From Eledone cirrhosa (taxonomy: Eukaryota), in assembly GCA_964016885.1 (NCBI GenBank), contig CAXHJY010001363.1:66289-130288 (forward strand): 64,000 nt of DNA. The letters are read 5' to 3'. A program made the translations under genes and the position numbers. The notes beneath the pieces were generated by a model. That model was not told where the DNA came from and did no database searches. It worked only from the letters and a program-made list of their open reading frames with translations. This document shows, one piece after another, positions 44,133-58,876 of this stretch. Within the stretch, counting starts at the first letter, position 1. Every line of letters begins with the position of its first letter.

Positions 44133-47100
44133 GGATCTTGTCATTCAAACTCTCTGCTGTATTTCATATGTAAGAGAATGAGGTTTGGGACTTTGTCGTT
44201 CAGACTCTCTGCTGTATTTCATATGTAAGAGAATGAGGTTTGGGACTTTGTCGTTCAGACTATCTACTGTATTTCATATGTAAGAGAATGGGGTTTGGGA
44301 CTTTGTCGTTCAGACTCTCTGCTGTATTTCATATGTAAGAGAATGGGGTTTGGGACTTTGTCGTTCAGACCCTCTGCTGTATTTCATATGTAAGAGAATG
44401 AGGTTTGGGACTTTGTCGTTCAAACTCTCTGCTGTATTTCATATGTAAGAGAATGAGGTTTGGGACTTTGTCGTTCAGACTCTCTGCTGTATTTCATATG
44501 TAAGAGAATGAGGTTTGGGACTTTGTCGTTCAGACTCTCTGCTGTATTTCATATGTAAGAGAATGAGGTTTGGGACTTTGTCGTTCAGACTCTCTGCTGT
44601 ATTTCATATGTAAGAGAATGAGGTTTGGGACTTTGTCGTTCAGACTCTCTGCTGTATTTCATATGTAAGAGAATGAGGTTTGGGACTTTGTCGTTCAGAG
44701 CCTCTGCTGTATTTCATATGTAAGAGAATGAGGTTTGGGACTTTGTCGTTCAGACTCTCTGCTGTATTTCATATGTAAGAGAATGAGGTTTGGGACTTTG
44801 TCGTTCAGACCCTCTGCTGTATTTCATATGTAAGAGAATGAGGTTTGGGACTTTGTCGTTCAGACTCTCTGCTGTATTTCATATGTAAGAGAATGAGGTT
44901 TGGGACTTTGTCGTTCAGACTCTCTGCTGTATTTCATATGTAAGAGAATGAGGTTTGGGACTTTGTCGTTCAGACTCTCTGCTGTATTTCATATGTAAGA
45001 GAATGAGGTTTGGGACTTTGTCGTTCAGACTCTCTGCTGTATTTCATATGTAAGAGAATGAGGTTTGGGACTTTGTCGTTCAGACTCTCTGCTGTATTTC
45101 ATATGTAAGAGAATGAGGTTTGGGACTTTGTCGTTCAGACTCTCTGCTGTATTTCATATGTAAGAGAATGAGGTTTGGGACTTTGTCGTTCAAACTCTCT
45201 GCTGTATTTCATATATAAGAGAATGGGGTTTGGGACTTTGTCGTTCAAACTCTCTGCTGTATTTCATATGTAAGAGAATGGGGTTTGGGACTTTGTCGTT
45301 CAGACTCTCTGCTGTATTTCATATGTAAGAGAATGGGGTTTGGGACTTTGTCGTTCAGACTCTCTGCTGTATTTCATATGTAAGAGAATGAGGTTTGGGA
45401 CTTTGTCGTTCAGACTCTCTGCTGTATTTCATATGTAAGAGAATGGGGTTTGGGACTTTGTCGTTCAGACTCTCTGCTGTATTTCATATGTAAGAGAATG
45501 AGGTTTGGGACTTTGTCGTTCAGACTCTCTGCTGTATTTCATATGTAAGAGAATGGGGTTTGGGACTTTGTCGTTCAGACTCTCTGCTGTATTTCATATA
45601 TAAGAGAATGGGGTTTGGGACTTTGTCGTTCAGACTCTCTGCTGTATTTCATATGTAAGAGAATGGGGTTTGGGACTTTGTCGTTCAGACTCTCTGCTGT
45701 ATTTCATATGTAAGAGAATGGGGTTTGGGACTTTGTCGTTCAGACTCTCTGCTGTATTTCATATGTAAGAGAATGGGGTTTGGGACTTTGTCGTTCAGAC
45801 TCTCTGCTGTCTTTCATATGTAAGAGAATGGAGTTTGGGACTTTGTCGTTCAGACTCTCTGCTGTATTTCATATGTAAGAGAATGGGGTTTGGGACTTTG
45901 TCGTTCAGACTCTCTGCTGTATTTCATATGTAAGAGAATGGGGTTTGGGACTTTGTCGTTCAAACTCTCTGCTGTATTTCATATGTAAGAGAATGGGGTT
46001 TGGGACTTTGTCGTTCAGACTCTCTGCTGTATTTCATATGTAAGAGAATGAGGTTTGGGACTTTGTCGTTCAGACTCTCTGCTGTATTTCATATATAAGA
46101 GAATGGGGTTTGGGACTTTGTCGTTCAGACTATCTACTGTATTTCATATGTAAGAGAATGGGGTTTGGGACTTTGTCGTTCAGACTCTCTGCTGTATTTC
46201 ATATGTAAGAGAATGAGGTTTGGGACTTTGTCGTTCAGACTCTCTGCTGTATTTCATATATAAGAGAATGGGGTTTGGGACTTTGTCGTTCAGACTCTCT
46301 GCTGTATTTCATATATAAGAGAATGGGGTTTGGGACTTTGTCGTTCAGACTCTCTGCTGTATTTCATATGTAAGAGAATGAGGTTTGGGACTTTGTCGTT
46401 CAGACCCTCTGCTGTATTTCATATGTAAGAGAATGAGGTTTGGGACTTTGTCGTTCAGACTCTCTGCTGTATTTCATATGTAAGAGAATGAGGTTTGGGA
46501 CTTTGTCGTTCAGACCCTCTGCTGTATTTCATATGTAAGAGAATGGGGTTTGGGACTTTGTCGTTCAGACTCTCTGCTGTATTTCATATATAAGAGAATG
46601 GGGTTTGGGACTTTGTCGTTCAGACTCTCTGCTGTATTTCATATATAAGAGAATGGGGTTTGGGACTTTGTCGTTCAGACCCTCTGCTGTATTTCATATG
46701 TAAGAGAATGGGGTTTGGGACTTTGTCGTTCAGACTCTCTGCTGTATTTCATATGTAAGAGAATGGGGTTTGGGACTTTGTCGTTCAGACTCTCTGCTGT
46801 ATTTCATATATAAGAGAATGGGGTTTGGGACTTTGTCGTTCAGACTCTCTGCTGTATTTCATATGTAAGAGAATCGGGTTTGGGACTTTGTCGTTCAGAC
46901 TCTCTGCTGTATTTCATATGTAAGAGAATCGGGTTTGGGACTTTGTCGTTCAAACTCTCTGCTGTATTTCATATGTAAGAGAATGGGGTTTGGGACTTTG
47001 TCGTTCAGACTCTCTGCTGTATTTCATATGTAAGAGAATGGGGTTTGGGACTTTGTCGTTCAGACTCTCTGCTGTATTTCATATGTAAGAGAATGGGGTT

Positions 47101-47692
47101 TGGGACTTTGTCGTTCAGACTCTCTGCTGTATTTCATATGTAAGAGAATCGGGTTTGGGACTTTGTCGTTCAGACTCTCTGCTGTATTTCATATGTAAGA
47201 GAATGAGGTTTGGGACTTTGTCGTTCAGACCCTCTGCTGTATTTCATATGTAAGCGAATGAAGTTTGGGACTTTGTCGTTCAGACCCTCTGCTGTATTTC
47301 ATATGTAAGAGAATGGGGTTTGGGACTTTGTCGTTCAGACTCTCTGCTGTATTTCATATGTAAGAGAATGAGGTTTGGAACTTTGTCGTTCAGACTCTCT
47401 GCTGTATTTCATATGTAAGAGAATGGGGTTTGGGACTTTGTCGTTCAGACTCTCTGCTGTATTTCATATGTAAGAGAATGAGGTTTGGAACTTTGTCGTT
47501 CAGACTCTCTGCTGTATTTCATATGTAAGTGAATGATGTTTGAGATTTTGTCGTTCAAACTCTCTGCTATATCACATATGTAAGTGAATAAGCTCTTGGA
47601 CTTTGTCGATCAAACTATCTGCTATATTACACATGTACGTGAACGAGGTCTTGGACTTTGTCGTTCAAACTATCTGCTATATTACGTATGTA
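44133..47692. repeat. 55-bp satellite, about 64 units
   Basis: ctctctgctgtatttcatatgtaagagaatg(a/g)ggtttgggactttgtcgttcaga; homogeneous centre, diverged last units. Confidence 0.97.
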
Positions 47693-48434
47693 AAAATATT
47701 TCAATGTTATTTACTCAACACTACGTATTTCACAATATAAGTTAGTATTTACATTTTTAATGTAACCGGTATGAAAACGTCAATTGGAAATAATTATATG
47801 TTGAGGAAATTATGTTAACTTAAAGAGTAATAATATTTATATGATTTTAGCAAATACGGGAGACAACTGTGGAGATATTTTACTTTCCTCTTCAGAAAAA
47901 CATAAACTTCACAATACTTTTCAGTGTAGTAATGAAAGAATCTTCGTTATGTAAATGTATACGAGTAGGCGGTAAAATTAACATATCATATAAGATTGGG
48001 GTTAATTATAAATGAAACACCAACCGCATCAATATTTTTTTCATTGAGTAATTATGTTTAATTGGATGTTTGATGCTCACTGCATTGAATACATTAATAC
48101 TATTTCTTATTACGAGTGAATTCTTATTTTCCTCACTGCTTATTTAAATTGCTATAAAACAAAATAAGTTCTTGCGTCATCCATTTTGTGAATTCGTAAA
48201 ATTGTAAACATTAATTAAAACCATAGATCTATGAGCAATCCGCCATCTTGCTAAACTTTACATTCATTGACCTAACAAAGGAGTCTTATACCTGGTCGTT
48301 TGACTTGCTAGAAATATCAAACAATTCTCCCTCAAATAACATATTACTGTCTTTAAATAAAAGATAAATAAATGGTGGAGCACGTTTGATAATCTAAGGG
48401 TAGATACGAGTATGTGTGTATTTGTATGTACCTA

Positions 48435-48472
<38 letters not shown>

Positions 48473-48479
48473 TGTGTGT

Positions 48480-48586
<107 letters not shown>

Positions 48587-49030
48587 TGTGCCTGTGTGTG
48601 TGTGTTGAATTATTATTCTTAAGACGTCTTGTGTTGCTGGTTTCCTGAGAATTATTGATTTTGCATGCAAAATACGAAGGTTGACTGAAAAGTTCATATG
48701 ATGACTAAGATACTCTCATGGAATGAGCAAATGAGGTTTATTTTTCAACATAGTCCCTGGAAAGAAACAATGCAGTTATTTATGAGAAGAGTTGAAATGA
48801 ATACATGCAAGATTTCGCAGCTCTAATATCACTCCTTCATAGGCTGACTAAGATACTCTCATGGAATGACCAAATGAGGTTTATTTTTCAACATAGTCCC
48901 TGGAAAGAAACAATACAGTTATTAATAAGAAGAGTTGAAATTAATGCATGTAAGATTTCACAGCAATAGCATCATTTACAATATATTGTATCTCCAATCT
49001 TACTAGTTCTTTTATAATGGACTTCAAGAT

Positions 49031-49147
<117 letters not shown>

Positions 49148-49824
49148 AGACAATGTTAACCCTGGTGTTAACCCAAGATGCAATGGTCAAGGCTGCAGTA
49201 TCTTAGATTCTAGGACATTTTTAGACCTGTCAGAGCCCATCTCCTCTCCAGGTTTGAATACAGCAGACCTCTTCCAGAGAAGAGGATAGAATGTCAGAGA
49301 ATGGAAATGAGAAAAAGATATAGAAGAAGAATCTAGAAAAATCTAGAATGGTACTTTTTTTTATCGACATCGAATGGATGAAAGGCAAAGTTGACCTCAG
49401 CGGGATTTTAACTGAGAGATCAGAGATCAGAGAACAGAGTACAGGAACGAATACCTGAAAGCCTTCTAGCTGACGTTCTCGTGACTCTACCAATTCGCCA
49501 CTACCTCTCAGATTACATCAGCTCAATAAAGTGACATTGTGCGATAGTTTTCAGCAGTTGTTGTCGCTGGATTCATTCCTTCAAAATAACTAAATCATTG
49601 ATGATTATAGTGCAATAGCTTGTGAGGACATCATGTATAAGATATATTCACTCGGTGCCTTAATCACATCCTACAGGATCATTTTATAACCAATGATATT
49701 CTAACACCTGGTGAAGGAAGGGGAAAACTAATTATATCAGAAATATATTATTAAAAATGTATCCTGCAGAGCGAAAACTTGTCAGCACTGCTCCGAACTT
49801 TCGTTGAAACTCATTATGATACCT

Positions 49825-50125
49825 TGGCAGTATCGGTAGAGAGTCGGACGCCATGTTTGCAGCAAAGAGTTACGGCCCTTTGTGGTCTGAGTTCAAATCC
49901 CACCAGGGTTAACTTTGCCTTTCATCCTTACGGGGTCGATAAAATAAAGTACCAGTAATGCACTGGGATAATTGGTGGCCTTGTGCCAAAAGTAGAAATA
50001 ATTATATTATAAACATGTGATCTGAGGGATGGCAGTATCGGTAGAGGGTCGGACGCCATGCTTTGCAGCATAGAGTTACGGCCCTTTGCGGTCTGAGTTC
50101 AAATCCCGCCGAGGTTAACTTTGCC

Positions 50126-50162
<37 letters not shown>

Positions 50163-50627
50163 GTATATATATAATTGTTTCTACTTTAGGCACAAGGCCA
50201 GCAATTATCCAGTGCATTACTGGTACTTTATTTTATATATATATGTAATACATATATATAATATATATAGATATAGATATATAATATATATAATATATAT
50301 AATATATGTATATACATATATAAAGTTATATATATATATTATATATATAATATATATATAATACATATATATATATGATGTAGTATATATATATATTATA
50401 TATATAATATATATATAATATATATATAATACATATATATATATAATTGTTTCTACTTTAGGCACAAGGCCAGCAATTACCCAGTGCATTACTGGTACTT
50501 TATTTTATCGACCCCGTAAGGATGAAAGGCAAAGTCAACCTCGGCGGGATTTGAACTCAGATCGTAAAGGGACGTAACTATGCTGGAAAGCATGACGTCC
50601 GACCCTCTACCGATACTGCCAATCCAC
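49825..50627. mobile_element. Cluster of four SINE family A copies or fragments (two +, two -)
   Basis: ~49825-50005 (+), 50025-50130 (+), 50172-50233 (-), 50445-50627 (-). Confidence 0.85.
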
Positions 50628-50973
50628 TGTAATATATATATATTATATATATATATATATATATTAGAAAATGTAAAATAACCGAGGTTTCCTACACGAG
50701 TGAAAGTATAAGGAAAAATTATGAAATCGAAAATGCAACTGGAGTCTTTTTTTTTTAAATATATATATTTATTTGGTTCCTTTTCCGGTTTCGCAGTTCT
50801 TCTGCTTTTCAAAAGTAGAATTGAGATGGAGGGTCTGTGGTTTTTCTCACATGGTTTTTCTCACATTTAAAAAAAGACTACTATTGCATTTTCGATTTCA
50901 TCTTTTTTCCTTATATATATATATTATGAATTATGAATTACTGTTGGCTTCTTGCTCACATTAATTTCTCTAT

Positions 50974-51061
<88 letters not shown>

Positions 51062-51131
51062 ATACATATATAATACATATATATATATATATAATGTAAT
51101 ATATATATATTATACATATATATATAATATA

Positions 51132-51252
<121 letters not shown>

Positions 51253-51857
51253 TGTATATATATATATTATATAATATATATATATATAATATACTTACTT
51301 AGTAAAACATCTCGTCTAATCAGGATAAAGTAGATACAAAAATGATGTTGGTGAACATAAATCCCGAACTTTACACGATCTCACTGATACACACCACTTA
51401 TTTCAAAACCACAGGAGGGCCTGTCATTTTCTTCTGCCACACATGTGCACTACTAACGACCCCTCAGATGATGATGGTGATGATGTGTAAAGGGAGGTAA
51501 GAATGACGACAAAGGGAGAGAAAAAAAGATGAGATGGGGAGGGTAATACTTACTTACTAAGTAAAGTAAAGTAAAGTAAAGTACGTAAGTAACTACCCCC
51601 TCCCAAACTCTCATCTGTCTCTTCGCCTTTTTTCTCCCACTGTCGTCATCCTTACCTCCCTTACACGTAAGTACCCCCACCCCCACCTCCACCCCCTAGT
51701 CGATCTGCAACTTAACAACAACCATTCAACTTCTCTCTCCCCCCTCCCCTCCCCCCATCTCATCTGTCTCGTCGCCTAATGTTTCCCTCTAATTAAAACA
51801 ATAGCTCTTTTATTGCAAAAACACATTGGACAGTGAAGTCTTCATCTATAACTATGA

Positions 51858-52050
51858 AGAGCGGTGAATTGGCAGTATCGGTAGAGGGTTGGACGCCATG
51901 CTTTCTAGCATAGTTACGTCCCTTTACAGTCTGAGTTCAAATCCGGTGAGGTTAACTTTGCCTTTCATCCTTACGGGGGTCGATAAAATAAAGTACCAGT
52001 AATGTACTGGGTAATTGCTGGCCTTGTGCCTAAAGTAGAAACAATTATTA
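51858..52050 (+). mobile_element. SINE family A
   Basis: Consensus match; tatgaaga on both flanks. Further copies at 15455-15570, 16755-16850, 41630-41750, 52255-52350, 53390-53590, 54068-54249, 54515-54853 and 55164-55350. Confidence 0.88.
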
Positions 52051-52350
52051 TGAAGAACGAAATAACCATCAGCTGTGAAATCTTGTATGAATTAATTCCA
52101 TCTCAAAAATTCCATCTCAAGTAAAAATGGATATTTTGAGAAAAAATTATTTTATAATATAATTCATAGTTTGCATTATATGACTTATTGTGAATTAATA
52201 TATATATACTCTGTGGGAGGATGCACATATTTTCGTTCACATTGATCAAATGTACAATTGTTTCTACTTTTGACACAAGGCCAGCAATTACTCCAGTGCA
52301 TTACTGGTATTTTATTTTATCGACCCAGTAAGGATGAATGGCAAAGTTAA

Positions 52351-52392
<42 letters not shown>

Positions 52393-52396
<4 letters not shown>

Positions 52397-52585
52397 AACA
52401 AGTAAGACCCCGACGGCTGAGCTCAAGCCGTTTCGACGGCTAATTCTGGACTCAGAATTAGCCGTCGAAACGGCTTGAGCTCAGCCGTCGGGGTCTTACT
52501 TGTTCCTATTACCCACTCTTCTACCCTAAGTATTGAGTACTTTGGTGCGTTATGGTCCACCTGCTTCCTTACCACATTTCCTTCG

Positions 52586-52588
<3 letters not shown>
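52393..52588. mobile_element. Fold-back fragment, family of 2484-2685
   Basis: Perfect arms 52393-52448 / 52453-52508; stem III ACGGCU/AGCCGU followed by C. Confidence 0.75.
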
Positions 52589-52638
<50 letters not shown>

Positions 52639-52788
52639 TATGTATACGTACATACATATATGTATACAGACGTACAGTAGTATGTGTATATATATACATA
52701 CATGCACACATATATATATATGTACGTATGGATTTAAGTAACAGCCGTACTAACAGTGGGAAATGATATTTTGTTTCATTTTCCGTTT

Positions 52789-52852
<64 letters not shown>

Positions 52853-54867
52853 CATATATATTATATAGATATATTATATATATACTTACTGTCCAAATAA
52901 TCATCTATTATTTCAGACCTTGAATGACATGGGGGATTTGAAGCAGCTCGTGTCTAAAAAAAGATTAGCTGCTGAACAGGAAATAAATCGATACTCTATA
53001 AGTTTTGAGTTTGAAAAGTAAAAAAAAGGTTATTTTTAAAGAAATTAAACGATAATTAATTCAGCTGAAATATTTAATGTTTAATTCGACATCATTTAGC
53101 TAAAACTAGTGTAACCCATTTGTCTTGCTTTTTTTCTCCTCCCCACTCTCACCTTTGACTGATTTTTGAAGCCCTTCTAAGTTTATAGTCAGGAAACATA
53201 TACGTATATATTAACATAAAATATACACATTTATTTATTTCACTGTACTATTATTTCCCGTTAAACAAGTTTAAATATATTGAAATAGCTATTCCTTTAA
53301 AAGGTACACTTGATAAAATTCAAATTTTTATCTATTTATTAAAACGTTAAACGAGAACATTTTTATTATTATTATTATTATTATTATATAGGGCGGTGGA
53401 TTGGCAGTATCGGTAGAGGGTCGGACGTCATGCTTTGACGCATGGAGTTACGTCCCTTTTCATTCTGAGTTCAAATCCCGCCGAGGTCAACTTTGCCTTT
53501 CATCCTTACGGGGTCGATAAAATAAAGTACCAGTAATGTACTGGGTAATTGCTGGCCTTGTGCCAAAAGTAGAAACAATTATTATTATTATTGTAAAGAG
53601 ACACGTTTGATACAAATAGTATAGTCAGGTTCTATTTTTCCCATCGAGATGATACTGTAAATATTATTTTTTTCTTTACAGGATTTGGGGTAAATAAATA
53701 AATTGAAAAGCATACATTTTTTTATCATTATTATGACAGTAATAACTGTAGGGCATTCTATTTTGGGTGAAGCCTTAAAACCAAATGCTGATAGTTAACA
53801 TAACGTTGTATATATTTTATCTCAAGCCATACATAGCTAAGTAAATGAAAATAAATTTCCAGTTGGCTTTAGCTTAAAATTATAATTACTATTTTCCCGT
53901 GTTATATATAAACATGCATAGACAATTAGACACGGAACTTGATTGAATTGGCAGTAAACGGGATATATTTAGAAGATATGAAAATTCAACATTTGCTTCA
54001 AGCAAAAATTAAAAGTAATAACTCAAACGTTAATTATATATGCAAGTATAAATTTTCAAAACCTACATAATTGTTTCTACTTTAGGCACAAGGCCATCAA
54101 TTACCCAGTGCATTACTGGTACTTTATTTTATCGACCCGGTAAGGATGAAAGGCAAAGTCAACCTCGGCAGGATTTGAACTCAGGTCGTAAAGGGACGTA
54201 ACTATGCTGGAAAACATGGCGTCCGACCCTCTACCGATACTGCCAATCCTGTATTATATAAAGAGACATTCCGATCCATCTAAGGATCTTTAGCTCCTGA
54301 CAGAGTTGTAGGGTCTAAACACAACCAAATTAAACACTAATTTTATTTATATGTGCGTTATCGTATAATCTTTGAAAAATTACATAATATATTCTATAAA
54401 GATGCATGCCCATCAGGCTAAGGGTCCTTCACTCTTGGTAGAGTGGCGGGGTCTAACCACAGCCAAATTAAACGATAATCATATGTAAATTATTCTATAA
54501 TCTTTGAAAAACTACTTAATAGTGTCTACATTTAGCACAATGCTAGCAATTTGAAGGTAAGAGTAAAGCGTCGGTTAATTCGACCCCCGTGGGTTACAGG
54601 TACTTTATTTTATCAGCCCTGTAAGGATGAAAGGCAAAGCTAACCTCGGCAGGATTTGAATTCAGAACGGAAAGGACTGTAACTGTATGCTGCTCTAACG
54701 GTATTTATATTTATCGATGACATGTGGATTGGCAGTCTGAGTTCAAATCCCGCCGAGGTTAACTTTGCCTTTCATCCTTACGGGGTCGATAAAATAAAGT
54801 ACCAGTAATGCACTGAATAATTGCTGGCCCTGTGCCAAAATTAGAAACAATTATTTTAACAAACATT

Positions 54868-54905
54868 TCTCTGAAGAGTCCATGTGGGTGAAACATTATG
54901 TAAGA
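54868..54905 (+). ncRNA. Minimal hammerhead-like motif
   Basis: UCU-CUGAAGA-GUCC-AUGU-GGGU-GAAA-CAUUAU-GUA-AGA; short stems. Confidence 0.5.
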
Positions 54906-56121
54906 TTTATATAAACAACTTGTTTTAACAGCTTGCACCCCCTTCATTCATTCATTTTTTATATAAGCATATAAATATATATACAGAAAGAAATAACAAA
55001 GCAAACGATACAATCAGTACAATGAAGAAATATATTAGTTTTACACATGGAATAGAAGGAAAAGAGTCTTAAAGTTTCGACACTAGTCCTTCATCAAAGG
55101 GCAGAATGAGAAATAAAATATCAAATAGAAGGATAGAAAGTGAGAAGAGAAATGAACAGAAAAAATTGGCAGTATTGGTAGAGGGTCGGACGCCATGCTT
55201 TGACGCATAGAGTTACGGCCCTTGCCATTCTGAGTTCAAATTCTGCCGAGGTTAACTTTGCCTTTCATCCTTATGGGGTCGATAAAATAAAGTACCAGTA
55301 ATACACTGTGTAATTGCTGGCCTTGTGCCAAAAGTAGAAACAATTATTATTATTGGAGTGTTAACATTGGTTTGATTCAATGGTGTATAACTTATATCTT
55401 AAGATTTTAACCAACTCTTTTCATAACAAAGATAGGTGTAAACACCTTGTGTTTATAATAACCATAATCGTGGAGAGAAAATGATGGATCAGCCGGATTA
55501 GTTTGAAACCTATTTTAGAGTTTCATCAGCGACAAGGTTAGCCTGGGTTTGCATATATAATGCATATATAACTTGTCAGGCTGATACTCCATTTCTATCA
55601 ACAAAGATAATGTATTGAAAGTATATCAAGCTATTTACATACGACTATTACATGCAGTGTTGGCTAAAATCTGTGTGGTTGTAGTTGTACTTACTGGAAC
55701 AGCTAGCTTCCTATGTATCAAATATCTCCTGGATCAGAGATCTAATCCCAACACACACACACAAGCCAATCCGATCCAAGATAGAAACGACTTAACAACG
55801 ATGTTTTTGAAGATGTTCTTACTACACAGTGGGTTAAAGAATTCATAACATATTAATACATCAGACATAACCATCAATATGTTCATATTCTTGTGGATGT
55901 GGATATTTCTTGTCTATACATCTAATTAAAGTATGATCTTGCTTTCCTAGGCATTATAGAAATAAGACTCTCTTCTCACAACTGAAGTCGTTGACCAATG
56001 CCCGCGAGGCAACCAAACACGTTGTCGAACTAAGTGTTCACTACAGCGGATAGACATATATACTTAATTCGGAGGAGATAAGATCATGGACTCAGTCTGC
56101 CGTTAACAATATCAGCAAATC

Positions 56122-56177
<56 letters not shown>

Positions 56178-56833
56178 GTGTGCGTGTGCATGTGTGTAAC
56201 TTTTGCATTTGTATCCGTAGCTACAATTAAATGTAGGTGACGTCTTAAAGGTACAAATATATTCTTTTTATCTATGTATGTATGTAAATATATATATATA
56301 TATATGATAGAGAGAGCGAGAGGGGGTAAGTATGTAGTTACATAGATATAGATATTTTTTATGTATGTGTGTATATATATATATATATGAAAGAGAGAGA
56401 GAGAGAGGGGGTAAGTATGTAGTTACATAGATATAGATATTTGTTATGTATGTGTGTATATATATATATATGAAAGAGAGAGAGAGAGAGGGGGTAAGTA
56501 TGTAGTTACATAGATATAGATATTTTTATGTATGTGTGTATATATATATATATGTATCAGAAAACTAAAAATGTATCTACCGTTTCTTACGAACTTTTAT
56601 ATATATATCAACTTAATCCTACTCGATATTTGTAAACTTTAATAATTGCATTTCTCATATTCTCTTTAACACTAATATAAAGTCGAGCTTACAAGGAATC
56701 CCTTATACGGTCGGTTGACCAGCTAAAAATAGTAGTGTACCTTCCTCAAATCAGACCAACTGTCTTAAAAATGGAAGGAAAACAATGTATAACATAGCTA
56801 AAGAAAACGCTATGTATGAGTAAAAATACATTT

Positions 56834-57495
56834 GATCATCACCATCATCATCCGGTGACCTCAGCCGAAATCGACTCAACAATTGATCTCCACGTGGGTC
56901 TGTCGTTCATTGCCATTGCCAAGTCCTGGATTTCAATACCAGAATCTCTAGAGCTGACATCGGGTTAGGATTGCTTGCGCCCCCTGCTATTAGTGACTGC
57001 TTGTGGTTTCCAAAACACAAATGGGGACACAGCCTCATAGTTGACACGATGGCAATGGCCAGCAAATCTTACTCTCCTTTTACGTACAACGACAGATATG
57101 TGTGGGAGGCCAGCCTATATTTCTTTCAAAGTCAGATGTCGCCAGCTTATGTTCTGAATGTGTTAAAGCAGGCGAGTGTAGGTGCCATCAAGGTGCTTTT
57201 GTTGTTTGGATGAAAGCATCCATGTTTCACTTCCATATAGCAAGATTGGTTGAATTGTTACTTGGAAGAGTCTGATCTTGGTGTGGTTGGAAAGATTTGA
57301 GCGCCAAACTCAATCCATTTTGTTGCAAGCTGACCATGCATGGGCCTTTCTGGTGGTGAAATCCTTTTCAGAGTCCATGATCCAAGCTACTTGAAATCCT
57401 CGACTGCCGTTTATTGCTTTGATGCTGTTGCCTGTACAGTTTGATATGTATTCTGTTTTACCCTGCTCATTTAATGGCTGACCTGTGGCTAAACA
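56834..57495 (-). mobile_element. 3' end of RTE-clade LINE, decayed
   Basis: Minus-strand MDSEKDFTTRKAHAWSACNKMD, IQPILLYGSETW and DLAMAMNDRPTWRSIV, followed by a (GAT)n tail. Confidence 0.85.
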
Positions 57496-57507
57496 ATAAC
57501 AAATAAA

Positions 57508-58072
57508 ATAATTGTTTCTACTTTTGGCACAAGGCCAACAATTACCCAATACATTACTGGTACTTTATTTTATCGACCCCGTATGGATGAAAGGCAAAGT
57601 TAACCTCGACGGGATTTGAACTCAGACCGTAAAGGGACGTACCTATGCTGGAAAGCATGGCGTCCAACCCTCTACCGAAACTGCCAATTCACCGCCCTTA
57701 ACATATAAAATAATTGTTTCTACTTTTGGCACAAGGCCAGCAATTATCCCAGTGCATTACTGGTACTTTACTTTATCAACCCCGTAAGGATGAAAGGCAA
57801 AGTTAACCTCGGCGGGATTTGAACTCAGATCATAAAGGGAGGTAAATCTATGCTTCAAAGCATGGTGTCCGACGCTCTATATAAAATAATTGTTTCTACA
57901 TTTGGCACAAGGCCAGCAATTACCCAGTGTATTACTGGTACTTTATTTTATCGACCCCGTAAGGATGAAAGGCAAAGTTAACCTCGGCGGGATTTGAACT
58001 CAGAATGGAAAGGGCCGTAACTCTTTGCGTCAAAGCATGGCGTCCGACTCTCTACCGATACTGCCAATCCAC
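57508..58072 (-). mobile_element. Three head-to-tail SINE family A copies
   Basis: Three consecutive consensus matches. Confidence 0.9.
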
Positions 58073-58499
58073 AAAATAATGTTTGCAAATACATAGTGGA
58101 AGAGTCATTTCAAAGATGCATTAGTCGTGGGGGAGTCGTATGGTTGCCGTATTTACATACTACGTTTCTGGGACATTTTTTTATTAAAACATGGTGTATC
58201 CCATCTCCTCTCCAGGTCCGAATACAGCGGAATTTTTCCAGAGAAGGCTAAGAGAGAGTGAGAGAATGGAAGTGAGAAAGAGATATAGAGGAAGAATCGA
58301 CCCCAGTACTAGACTGGTACTTTTTCTTATCGAACTCGAATAACTGAAAGGCAAAGTTGACCTCTGTGGAATTAGAACTCATAGAGAAGAGAGCCAAAAC
58401 GAATACCGGAAAGCTTTCTATCTAACGTTCTTACGACTCAGCCAATTCTCCGCCATATTTTAAACATACAAAACCATCAAAACTAAAAGTGGATATAAC

Positions 58500-58581
<82 letters not shown>

Positions 58582-58816
58582 CTTTCTCTGTGCAGACGCG
58601 TTTTATTTATTTATCCCATTGCTAAAATGACTCTTCCGTGATGTAATTGTTCTAATTTTAAGAGATGATTTCAAATAAACCAAGTACATCTCAGAAATAT
58701 AAGTGTAGGCAATTTAATTGTCATGTAAGTTGAATCTGGGATTTTTCTTTTTCTTCTTTAATACACTTAGTTGGCTTCCAGAACTTTCTTAATGTTGCAT
58801 TGATGACCAGCCTAGG

Positions 58817-58876
<60 letters not shown>

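Noticed and set aside
44133-47692. CRISPR-like regular array
   Set aside because: Units are contiguous and near-identical with no unique spacers; eukaryotic context, no cas genes
55060-55105. Minus-strand ttgatga-aggactagtgtc-gaaac
   Set aside because: Core and stems too degenerate to call; possibly a fossil ribozyme
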